Under the pieces are notes generated by a model. It made no database searches. It had not been told where the DNA came from and saw only the letters and a program-made list of their open reading frames with translations. A program made the position numbers and the translations under genes. A stretch of DNA of 40,450 nucleotides from Tubiluchus corallicola (lineage: Eukaryota > Animalia > Priapulida). Numbering within the stretch: position 1 is the stretch's first letter; the number at the start of each line of letters is the position of its first letter. Shown piece after piece: positions 12,701-25,625 of the stretch. The stretch spans positions 1 to 40,450 of the forward strand of contig JAQGDQ010001451.1 of assembly GCA_030141605.1 (NCBI GenBank), given 5' to 3'.

Positions 12701-15700
12701 TTTAATTAATGTTATTCTCCATTTTGGAAAGGCTTGTAACTGCTTATAGGAAATCATTTCACCCAAACCGCCAAATATTTTTTCTTCAAAAGTTTATTTG
12801 ATTGTGTATATCTTTGATTGTTTCCGTTGATTTAACAATAATTATTTTTGCCCATGACAATAGCTTTTTTCCTGAACATTGTTTTATTTTTTGTTGTTGA
12901 TGAAGGAGTATAGGTGTGTGGGCTACTAAATGTGTCTAAAGCAGGGGTGTGCAAATTATCTGACTAGCCGGGCCACATTAAACTTTCCCGCAATTCCTGC
13001 GGGCCACAGGCAGTTTGATCAAGGAGCCAAGTACAGAAAGGCCTAATAACGATTTTTTTTGCATCCGACCTGCGTACATCATTATTACTGCACTCAAGAA
13101 ACTATTTTAGAAGTTATTAAAATTTATACTACAAACCATATATTTCTACTTTCAGGACAGACAGTGATAATTTCATTACAATGTATATTAGTAATGTGTA
13201 TCACACAGTCTGTGTAGTACAGTGACATTAAGCTACAACCATCTTGTAAGGGTTAATGGCACCCGAATTAGTAGAAAAAACTACCCGCACTATCTTTGGG
13301 ATCGTGGCACCGACTTCAGCTGGATACACTCAATTAATCGCCCGGGCCGCACTTTCATTAGGTTGACAAATCCCTTCGCGGGCCGCATTTTGCACACCCC
13401 TGGTCTAAAGATAAAGAGCCCTTGCACGAATGACGTAGCAACAAAAAACTTGTAGTCGTACCTGTAAGAACGCTTGTTACACTTCCTACACAAAAGAAGA
13501 CGGTCAGACTAATAAGTGAATACCAAAAGTGGGAAATCCGATATATTGCATTTACTGACTCCTCCTGTGGTACATCCAGCCTGTACTAACGATAAATCTA
13601 TGCTTAAAATTTATCAAATAAAGTTCGACAGTTCGAATTAATAGAAAATATTCTATAACTTTAAATCTCAAGAAAATTCTTCGTTCAAAGTTTGAAATTA
13701 CTGACATGCGCCTCAACGTGATTTTAGACTGTCACAAATAAAAGGTTGTTTGGATGTGAAGATGAAACTCATAATCAAACTGAAAATTCATTTACTTTTG
13801 TTGCCCCGATTCTAGTAATGATACCGGTGCTGAAAAGAGTGAACTTGCAATTGGCCAGGAAACAAATTTGGCAAATGTTCTATAGATAAATTTAAGGAAG
13901 AAAGCTAATTGTTGCACACATAATTGCCTTTGGCAAGCAGCAAATAAAGTACTCGGTTTGTCCACTCTTTCTGTAATTTCAGCCTGACATTCCAATGTGT
14001 GCAACAATTAGCTTTCTTCTTTAAATTTATCTATAGAACCATTTGCCAAATTTGTTTCCTTGCCAATTGCAAGTTCACTCTTTTCAGCACCAGGATCACT
14101 ACTAGAATCCGGGCTACAAAAGTAAATGAATTCTCAGTTTGATTATGAGTTTCTTCAAGCAATGATGGTCAAGTTGCTTCAGGCTGCAAAATCTAAAGGA
14201 GTGCAGTCTAACAGGAAACAGATCTATCACAAAACATACATAACTATTACAATTGTTAATTAAAATAATTGAAAACGGTAAAGTAAAAACCAGTATATTG
14301 CTGTACCAGGTCAAATAAGATGATGTTCTGTTCATAACTTAATTGAGAACTACCAGAAAGGAAAACTGATCTTTTTGATTGTGGGTCAAAGTTATTTGTA
14401 TTATAAGTAATGTGTTTGTTTTTTTGTGGGTCTGTTACTCGTTCTTCGAGTTTCTCTCTTCAAACAAACGTGCAAAATCGAGTACTTCAAGTTTACTGTC
14501 TGCATTTAGGGACCAATAAAGAGAGATATTGACAGGACTTCATTTATAAAAGTAGCAGAACAAAGAAAGGTTAAAGAGACGCCAGACCTTTAATGAGTAC
14601 TGTATGATTGGCACTAAGCCTGACTCAGTGCTCAGTTTGGGTACTCGATTTTGGAAACAGACACAGTGAAAATAAAGATGCGGGTGATAAAGACTATGAT
14701 GAGAGAATGAAGACAACAACAATTGTAAACAACAACGATGACAACAATGACGATGAAGAAAACGATGACAGTGACGATAATGACGATAACAACTATGACG
14801 ATGTTGGTGATAATGATAACGATGATGAGATGATAATGGTAGCAATTAAGATGCAGTTATGATAATGATGATGAAGGTGATGGTCTTTAGTGATAATGAT
14901 GTTAATGACATTTGCAAGGAGGATGACTGCAGTTTATCTTCTGTGGTCTTTGGGGGATAAACAGCTGAGTGGTCATGGAAGAAGAGTACAGAAACTTTCG
15001 CACAAATCTTTCCCACTTTGTTGGATTTGCTCATGGTCATTATATTAATGCACACAACTTAAACTCAATTTTTGTTGATAAAATTCCTTGATTTAAGCAT
15101 CCCGAGAGAGTACTTATGGCTTAAACTTGGCCAGTAATCCGTTCTATCACATTATTTACTTCCTACTTGTGACGTAAGCATTATTGTTTACCATTAGTTT
15201 CGGCCCAATCTGGGCTTCCCTGTTGAAGCCAGCTGCTGTAAGACTCCCTGTAGCGGGTGCGTAGGCCCTTTTTGGTTTTTATTTAGTTACTGCCGCGGTG
15301 CTGCCACCTGTTTGTTTATTTAGTAGACTTTTTACCTTTTACAGTAGTCACTCTTTTAAAATTGAAGCACCTAATATCCTTGAATACATTAGCATTTTGG
15401 TCTTTCGTGAGCTATAGCTGTAGTAGTTGTCTGACATTTTACCCGTCTTTTGGTTCTCTCCGCCATTGCTCTAGTTTTGTGTCTGTGATGAACATTATGA
15501 CTCTAAATTTCTTACGAGTTTATTGTTGTGACATCGTTGTTTCGTTGTTCTTAAGGCCTTGGAGTTCTCATTCCTGTGTTTGTAACTATTAAAAGGCTCT
15601 AACAACGTAAGTCATTATTAATTAATTTCAATATAGTTTACATAATTTTTATATCAGTTTTCTTAGTTATAATCATACATCTAATCATGCAATGAACTCT

Positions 15701-18700
15701 CTTCTACTCAATGCAAATTAAACTAATTGTTAATCATTGTATTACAGAATAAAGAAACTTTTGGTCAGCACATTAAACTGGTGTTTTGTATCCATTTCAC
15801 TCACTGTACTGTTTTAATAAAGGCTATTTCTACTAAACTGCTTCGTTTAGCGTGATTAAGTGTTAGTGACTTTGTAGTCCTTGCTGCTCACTTACACAGA
15901 ATTGCCTAAATTGGCTTCCAACTGCGATGTTCCGTTGTTAAAAGAGGTGGTGTTCCAGTTGTCTGATTCATCAGGTAGAAATGAAATATTTAGGCCACAC
16001 CCTGTTACACCTAGTGGTAAGACCGGTGGTGCAACATCATGATATAAAGTTCCAAATCCTATCCAGAATATAACGCAAATGGATCCAATGAATCCAGCAG
16101 CTGCACCCTATATGAGGCAACCATATATTAAACATTTTTTTTATATTTTTATATTTTTAACTTTGTGAAATAAGCCAATTATGTCAAGCGGCACAAAGTA
16201 TATATCGAAGTTCAGACTACAATAATATTAAAAGCGAATTTCCTACAAAGATGAAATTTCACAGCATGATACTACAATAGGTTGCCTTTTGGTTGTGAAA
16301 GCTATAAACAATGGCGGCTCGTGTACAGGTGTTGTGGAACTGCAGCACCCCCAGTTTTCACTCTTTATTACCGATAATATTCAATATAATAAGTCTTTTT
16401 CTTTTTTATACTTGTGTGGAACCGGAGCACGTGAGGGAAATACAATTTGCTTCACAGCCCAAACAGTAAAAAGAACCTGTTAAAATATGCTAAATGTCAA
16501 ATAATTATGCTAAGAAGAGTATTCATGGAGCCAAGCCAAATAAGGGAATCTTAAGGAGTGGTGTCACGTGACGACGTGGGCGAAGAATTGACCCACTTGT
16601 CAGACTGCGCACGCAGCTGATATACATGCCGTGACACCAGCTAGCAGGGGGGCTTGATGAGACTTCACACTCACGCTCAGGACGTCTCTTGTAGATCAGG
16701 GGCTTGGCATTGCTATACATTAATTATACTTATTGTGATGTTATTTAATAAAAGTGTTATTTCACAAACAAAGTCTTGATAGCTTTTCCATTACTCAAAC
16801 GTTCATAAACAGCTACACACAGCTCACACACGTACTACTACTATACCACAGACTTAATAATTTTACTCAAACAACAGGGTGTTTGGCTGTGGTGCGCATG
16901 CGGACATGCGCAGTTTTGCACACACATGTCTGAGATAATACGTTGTACGCTCTGTCTCTAACAGTACTGTCTTCTAAAACAGTAACAATTGCCACGTGCT
17001 TACCATGTACCGTCAAATTCTTGGACGTGATAAAGTTTAAACTTAGCGTATGTGCTTAAAATACAAATTATTTCATAATGGACGCCTTGCATTCTCAAGA
17101 AATAAGTTCTGTGACTCTAAATGAACTACAACAGCTTAATTATATAATATAAAATAATGCCATTTAATATAATGCCATATAATGTGCAGATAGCAGGAGG
17201 GGTGGGTTGACTGATTACATTAGAGCTTGACTTACTGTGACTTGATTAGCAACTACGTTTTTTATATTGATGGAGAGACAACAACTTGATGCTGTGTTTA
17301 AATAAAAATGATGATCGTTTGTATGGCACTAAGTACGATCAGAGTAAGAGATGATGTTGACTACAATAGGCAAGAGAGTAAGAGACATATTGGAATTCTT
17401 CTTTGTTGTGGTGGGTGTGGTGCATCATCGGTAAAAACAAGATCCTTAGAACCGTAATGTGTGAAATGACAAATAAGGAAGTGGTAGTATGCATCCTTGT
17501 CCGACATAAGGACTTCAGAGAATGGTTTGCTAGTACCACATTACTACGGCCATATTATGTTGAAAACTCCGGTTCTCGTCAGATCACCGAAGTTAAGCAA
17601 CGTAGAGCCTGGTTAGTACTTGGATGGATGACTGCCTAGGAATACAAGGTGCTGTGGGCTTGCGGGATGCCCACACTGTATCTCGACACTAGTCGGAGGA
17701 AGTTGCACAAGCAGCCAACGGTTAGAGGGCAGAGGAGGTTAAGTATCAGGAATGGAGACCCAAAGGCGAACCAGTGCAGCATGCTTCCTGACCCTGCAGC
17801 CAACCTGGTGCCAAACGTATCGCTCCGCTTTGCTTTGGACTACACCGGGGAGGAATGGAGGGGTTTCAGTTGTCTGGGCAACTCAGAATCTCCATACACC
17901 CTGCCCAGGCATGCGCCCTGGAGACGTTCAACAGTCGCACTGCTCAGCCACAGTCGACGGTGCAGCTCCTTCAATGTGATTAATAACTGACTCTCTTGGC
18001 GCACATTCTATTGTCTTCTGAGACAGAAGGATGCCAACCACATTCTAGTACCACAAACGCGATAAGCATCCATAAGCGAAACACGTAATTGGAAATTTTA
18101 CCTGAAGTTTTCAAAGGTAACCAAACTTTTCCGCAAACTGCAGCTACAAGCCCCCCTCTACGTCCCTTTATAAGGATTTACTAGCCCTTATAGTCTGGTT
18201 TACAGCACAATGATACGTTTTCTGAAATCGCTGAAAAATCACTTAAAATACACCCAATTCCCCATGTTTTGCAGGCTTATTTACATACTGTAGCGACTTG
18301 CAGCGAGTGAGCGTTTGTGAGAGCGAAAATCTTGTTGCAATGTCAGCGAACCGACCTAATAAAACCATGAACTAATTTCAGCATAATTCACGAGTTAAAT
18401 GTTTCATCTAAGGAGCTTCCTTATGCTTTCGCGTGGTTACTTGCATCAAATGTTCAGATTACTTGCAAGAATCACTGAATAACGTAAAGTTGACTCCGTA
18501 CGAATCTCAAAGTAAAATAAAACTAAAATCTTCATAATTGCCACGTAGAAAAGAAAATGACTGTGTGCCAGTCTAAATACAGTTTCAGTCAACAGGGCTC
18601 AAAATCTGAGAGGAAAGAGATGCCAACACACAACCTCATCACTAGAACTTCGAAGTGCAGTAAGCCTCATTGGTTTTGTTAGAACATGCCAAGTGGCTCA

Positions 18701-21700
18701 GCCACCCAGAAGATAGAATTCTCGAACAATTTGGGTTTGGGCTGTTATATTTTTTCATTCGAGATAATTTTCCTGTTTTGAATTTTGTGTGCACTTGACT
18801 AGGTAAACCTTCCATACTGTGCAGTCAGGTTGAGGTTGTAAGAAAACTCATATAGTACAGCATCAAAGGAGAAGCATTTTTTCACGTAAGTGCTACTGTA
18901 CTTTGTGTTATAACACACAGTGGCTAAAGTCTTTGTGCATAATAATGATGGCTTATAGACATCTTACCCTAGAATTCAATGACGGCATTAACACACCAAA
19001 TGCGAAAAGACCGAGCAGTGGTCCACCAACCATCCCACCTAAGCTGATAGCTACCTGAAATTTTGACAACCCTTAAAACCAAAATATAAATTGAGCACAG
19101 CTGAACAGATAACGCTTCAATTTAGCTTACGTATACTGAGAAATAATTAAATTCATTGCACGCAAGAGCAATCTAAGTTTATTATCTAACACAATTTATT
19201 ACGGCAGCTTAATGATCTTCAAAGATTACATTCGTCAATTGTTTTTCCATAATAAGCCGCCTGTATAGTGAATGTATCAGATATTTATTTTCCACGACAT
19301 AGCATGTCATCCCACCGTGACCTTCAAAAAATATTTTCAAGGTCATTCTGGGGGCAATTTACGAAATCTACATGAGATTTTACTGAACTTAAAAATGTGT
19401 ACTTACTGTTACTAAGGTATTACCGATTTCTTGCACGCCATACGCCAACAGAATTAACAGAAGTCCGAAAAACACAGCTGTAAAAAATTATACAAACTTG
19501 AGCGTACGCTACATTGTGTGAAGACGACAAATCTATTATGGTCGTATGCCACTTTTAATCAAGTAGTGTGTCGTTGCCAATTACTGACACCACTATTTGA
19601 AATTCACTTTAGATAGACAGTAAAATATTGCACTTTTTGAGACTATGGACAAGCACTTATGTGTATGACATACACGTCTGTGCGTATGTGAGTGTCTTAT
19701 TAATACTTTGTCATTGCCACTGACATTATAAGCAATATAATTTCTCGCAACTCGACCTTATGTATGTATGTAGTTTATTGACAAAAACAAGTTACATGTA
19801 TACAAGAGGAACGAGGTAAACGCCACAATCGATACAATAGTGATTTTAGTCCAAATGTCACTTTACGTACATTTCCTATTCAAGGTTATAGCATTAAAAA
19901 CAGTGTTATGCATACAAGGTACATCGGCATAAAAGTTGCAAAATTTCATAACATATTATATAACAATTAGTGTGCTCAAAGAAGTGAGTTAAATCAGCAA
20001 TGTTTACACTGTCATTGCGGTTTCTAATATTTGACGTTAGGGGGCGTGTCTGTATAACGTGTTTCTCAGTTTGAATGTCCCCACAAGGACATAACCTATT
20101 TTCCCTTGGCTGTCTCGCCCATCTACCCGTTTCTATCCGCAGCCTATGTGACTGAAGACGCATCTTGTGAAGCTTATCCGAAGCCATCTAATCAATTCTT
20201 CGTCTTCATTTCTTCGATATATTTCTTCTGACTTTGTAGCTAGAAGTCTGTAACTACTGCTGCAACTGCCCCACGCGGACATATTACGTAAAATGCAACA
20301 AACTGCTCTGTTGCTTTGTCCTTTGAACTTCGAACTTCAATTTCGAAAAATGTCTTAAGAACGGGATGTTCCAAATTTAGTTAAAGGACATGAAAATGGG
20401 AGCCTGGAGTAGGTTTCAGAAAATTCGCCTCGAAAATTATACTACTTTACAGCATTTTTATGCGTACATGTATATCGTAATCGCGTTAAAAGGAATTTTT
20501 GTTTACTTTTTAAATATCTCGCAATGCTGTTTCGGCAGCGCCATTACATGACGTCATTTACGTAAATGTAAACAGGGAATGAAAAGACAATGTTAAATTA
20601 TGTCCCAAAAACTTTCCATGCAATTCTACAATACTTGGAATTTCGCTTACCTGCTAGAAAGACTTATGTAACTAGAAATTAATAATTTAAAATGTTCGTG
20701 CTAATTGGTAAAATGTCGCTGGTTCTCCCTCCAAGGTGCGCCACTCACTAACCAAAAACGTATTTTTAATCTTACCGACAGGATGCAGTAAATTCAAATT
20801 TTACTTGGTGACGTGTAAGTTACGTATGCTCTTATGATTTTTTCGACCTTCACGCTATGTTATCTAAACTTCTTTTAAAGGACTTACCTTTAAAAGACTG
20901 CGCCTAACGATCATAGCGGAAGTTTAATTTATAAATTTTATATAGCGTTACTGCCGACACAAGCCCTGTGTGCAAAAAGGCAGTGCGTAAGTGGTATAAA
21001 ATTTCAGGACGAATTCTTTAGGCTTTGTATAAGTGGAGGCTTTTTTCTTCTCCAAATTTCACTCATTTGTTTTCAAGACAGCCAAAGGATGAATAGAGTA
21101 ACAGACAGACGCAGAGTTTTGGAGGGTTTCTTCTTCTTTAAATTTCACTCATTTGTTTTCAAGACAGCCAAAGGATGAATAGAGTAACAGACAGACGCAG
21201 AGTTTTGGAGGGTTTCTTCTTCTCCAAATTTCACTCATTTGTTTTCAAGACAGCCAAAGGATGAATAGAGTAACAGACAGACGCAGAGTTTTGGAGGGTT
21301 TCTTCTTCTTTAAATTTCACTCATTTGTTTTCAAGACAGCCAAAGGATGAATAGAGTAACAGACAGACGCAGAGTTTTGGAGGGTTTCTTCTTCTCCAAA
21401 TTTCACTCATTTGTTTTCAAGACAGCCAAAGGATGAATAAAGTAACAGACAGACGCAGAGTTTTGGAGGGTTTCTTCTTCTTTAAATTTCACTCATTTGT
21501 TTTCAAGACAGCCAAAGGATGAATAGAGTAACAGACAGACGCAGAGTTTTGGAGGGTTTCTTCTTCTTTAAATTTCACTCATTTGTTTTCAAGACAGCCA
21601 AAGGATGGACAGAATAACAGACAGACGCAGAGTTTTGGAGGGTTTCTTCTTCTCCAAATTTCACTCATTTGTTTTCAAGACAGCCAAAGGATGAATAGAG

Positions 21701-22939
21701 TAACAGACAGACGCAGAGTTTTGGAGGGTTTCTTCTTCTTTAAATTTCACTTATTTGTTTTCAAGACAGCCAAAGGATGAATAGAGTAACAGACAGACGC
21801 AGAGTTTTGGAGGGTTTCTTCTTCTTTAAATTTCACTCATTTGTTTTCAAGACAGCCAAAGGATGGACAGAATAACAGACAGACGCAAAGTTTATTCACT
21901 TTCTTATTAACTAATTGATCGAAACTGAAGCAAAGGTCATTACCCAAAACTTTTGACAACAAAGTGCTGGTCTTCTCAGCAAAATCCTTTTTGGTGAAAT
22001 AAAAGTATCCTGGTTTCAAAATGTCTACAAGCGCCACAGCAGCAAACGAATTCATTCCGGAAGAGAGGGAGCTGAAAGAAATAGGCGCTGAACGTTAAAC
22101 ACGCGAACGCATCTTTTTAAACAACTGAATTAATTTTGAACCTAAACAACGTGTTACTTAACAACGTGTTATTTAATATCCGTTACATTTTGATAGTGCT
22201 AAGCGATCAGTGCAAGGTTACCACGTGCAAAACTACAAACAATGTTTGCTTGTGTTTTGAAATTGGTTCATTTAGGTTCGGTTTTGATACTTTAAATATG
22301 CAATTAAATATACTTCAAAACTATGCTTTACGATTAGTTAATGGTCATTCTTTGAAATCATCTCACAATACGAGTAAATATTCTGCCACCTCTTTAAGAA
22401 ACTCCATGAAAATCCCGATATTAGAAGCTCACAGAGATTATCAAACTCTCCTGTTTCTCTATAAATATATCAACAATATTAATTCTCCTTTCAAAAACAA
22501 TAAGCTCCCACTTCTTAAAAACCCCAGTATGAATAACAAAACACTGAATTTAAGTAACATTAGAACGAACAATCAATATGGAAAGAATTCCATTACTAAG
22601 CTAGCAATACAACTTTGGAATTCATTACCGACATCACTAAAACACAGTAGCTCTATCAATATTCAAGTCTAAATTAAAAAGACATTTAATGACTCGTTTT
22701 GAATATCCCGACATACGAACACGATGATACTTACTCAAATCATAATTTCATTTTTCCTAGACCTTACCAAACTGGTTTATATTTTATTTTTGAATTTCTA
22801 GTTGCACTTATAGTTTAGCTTGCACTAGACGCATTTGCCCAGAACAGTGTATGTTTTTTTATATGAACTAACACTGATTGTCTGTCTTTTATTATGACGG
22901 TCAACGTTTTTAAAATGGCAAATAAAGATTCTACTACTC

Positions 22940-23033
<94 letters not shown>

Positions 23034-23164
23034 CACCACTACCACCACTACCACCACTACCACCACTACCACCACTACCACCACTACCACCACTACTACT
23101 ACTGCTACTACTACTACTACTACTACTGCTACTGCTACTGCTACTGCTACTACTACTGCTACTG

Positions 23165-23248
<84 letters not shown>

Positions 23249-25426
23249 TTACTACTACTACTACTACTATTACTACTACTATTACTACTACTATTACTAC
23301 TACTATTACTACTACTATTACTACTATTACTACTACTATTATTACTACTACTACTACGAATACTACCACTTTAAAATGTATAAGATCCGCCTTTGGAACC
23401 TTGCTGATCAAACCTATAAAGTCTAACCTGAGTGTTGCACTGAAACAAGAAGCTATAAATAGTCCTGGCAGTCCCTTTATTTGACCCAGTATATCCATGA
23501 CGAAATATATCATCAGCTGTGAAAAACAATGTTATAATTTTACAAATTTATAATAATATACCTTTTTATTAAGGTTTTGAAGACGGAAATATCAAAGGTT
23601 AATTACACAAAATCGAATTCAGTCAATGATGCGTTATTGTAATTATATGATTTTTGTAAATTTATAAATATTTTGGGAATTGTTTAAACTTTACAGTTTT
23701 TGCAGTTTCAATTTGTTTATTATACCCATGTTTCGGAAAAATTTGCGTTGCGTGGTTGTATATTTACATGATGTATGTTGTAATGTATTAACCTAGCCAC
23801 TGGGGGGGGGGGGGGGGGGCAAGCCAGCCCAACCCAGTGCCGGTCCCAAGCTCGGATAAATAGGGAGGGTTAGGGTCAGGAAGGGCATCCGCCTGTAAAA
23901 ACTGCGCCAAAACCTTCAATGAATGAGTCGGTGAGACTTAAAGGGAAAGTCCACAAAGAAGTGGTCAGACCCGCTCTAATCTATGGGCTGGAAGCAGCTT
24001 CTCTAAAGAAGACCGAAGAGAAGAAAATGGGTGTGGTGGAGATGAGGATGTTGAGATGAATGGTGGGAATAACAAGAAGAGATAAAATTAGAAATAATAA
24101 TATCAGAGGAACAGTAAAAGTAGTGGAAGCCTCGCAAGATTGCGATGGTATGGACACCTGAAAAGAAGAGTCGGTGAAGATCTTGTAGGAATTGAAGACA
24201 TAAATGAAGAGATGGTCAACAACAGGAATGCGTGGAGAAGACTCATTCACAACGGCGACCCCGCATAGGGAAAAGCTGGGAAGAAGAAGAAGAAGAAGAA
24301 GAAGTATGTTGTCATGTATTGTTCGCTAACTATTTGTCAATAAATGTGTCGTATTTGATTGTTTGGACTGTTTAGTAACACATTGCAGGCTTATTGAACT
24401 TGACAAACTTTGTGGTAACTCTTTCCTGGTACTCGAGAATATTGTAAAGAAAGGGCCGAATTTGCTACTTCAAAGGGGGAGAGCGTTGACGGTCCGAGGT
24501 TCTTCCCCTTTCTTTGAGACCAAAGCCGAAAAAGCGTGAATAAATGACAAACGTATTTATAGGCAGAATATTGTTTCTTACTTGTGTTTAGATTACTAAA
24601 AAGGAGTAACAGTTAATTGAAATGTTAACTTATATATTTTTTACAATGTTTACAAACACAAACAACATTAATAACAGTGTAACAAACAAACAGTATTAAG
24701 TAACATGATTATATAAGCATTGAACAAAACTAATATATTGGAAAACCCTATAACTGTGCTGTAAGACACAGTGCCTACACATTGCTAACGATCTAGTTTG
24801 GCAGAAGGCTTTTATAAAAAACGATATTCATAATATCTAAAAATAGGTTCATGTACAAGTTTCTCCCTACGTAGAAATATATATTTTTTCCATAAATGAG
24901 TTCTAAAATAGCCATCGACATAATTATAATCTCAAATACAATTTATTATTATACAATATTACAAAACTTCAATATCTTGAAGATTCTAGTAGTGTCACGA
25001 GAGAAAAACAAAAATTACAACAGATTTGATCAATAATTTCAATTCAAATTGATCCTCACTCCTGAACAATGGATATATGTATGCTTGCGTAACAAAATCA
25101 TCCATAAGTTGACAGTGAAGTTTTTCATCTACACAGTCTAGCAGCTCCTTACTGGACCTTACCATGTCTCAATATGTAATAACACAACCATCAGCTATGA
25201 ATATGCTTACCTGATCTGGTTTGGAAATTGCTCGAGTTATAAGTGGGTCACAGTCATGGTATCGTGTGTACGCTGCTAACGCCACTACCATCACCAACGA
25301 TGTAGAACCAACAGAGCCACGTACAGCCACAAAGCTCTACAGTGAAAAAAGAAGCACTGAATTCAATTAATGGCAGTTGTACTCTAAAAAGAGAGAGAGG
25401 GAGAGAGGAGAGAGGAGAGAGAGAAA

Positions 25427-25478
<52 letters not shown>

Positions 25479-25487
25479 AGAAAGAGT

Positions 25488-25534
<47 letters not shown>

Positions 25535-25545
25535 AGAGAGAGGGA

Positions 25546-25625
<80 letters not shown>

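Noticed and set aside
14608-14862. Acidic D/N-rich ORF
   Set aside because: Degenerate trinucleotide tract inside an SLC5 intron.
16508-16797. Solo LTR (tg..ca with AATAAA); similar candidate at about 10115-10552
   Set aside because: No matching TSD or second copy could be established.
17542-17661. Functional 5S rRNA gene
   Set aside because: Single copy, stem-disrupting substitutions, no T-run terminator, and enclosed by a TSD together with extra sequence.
22815-23513. 232-aa poly-V and 196-aa mucin-like poly-T ORFs
   Set aside because: Only 23428-23516 is a real exon; the rest is (ACT)n read-through.
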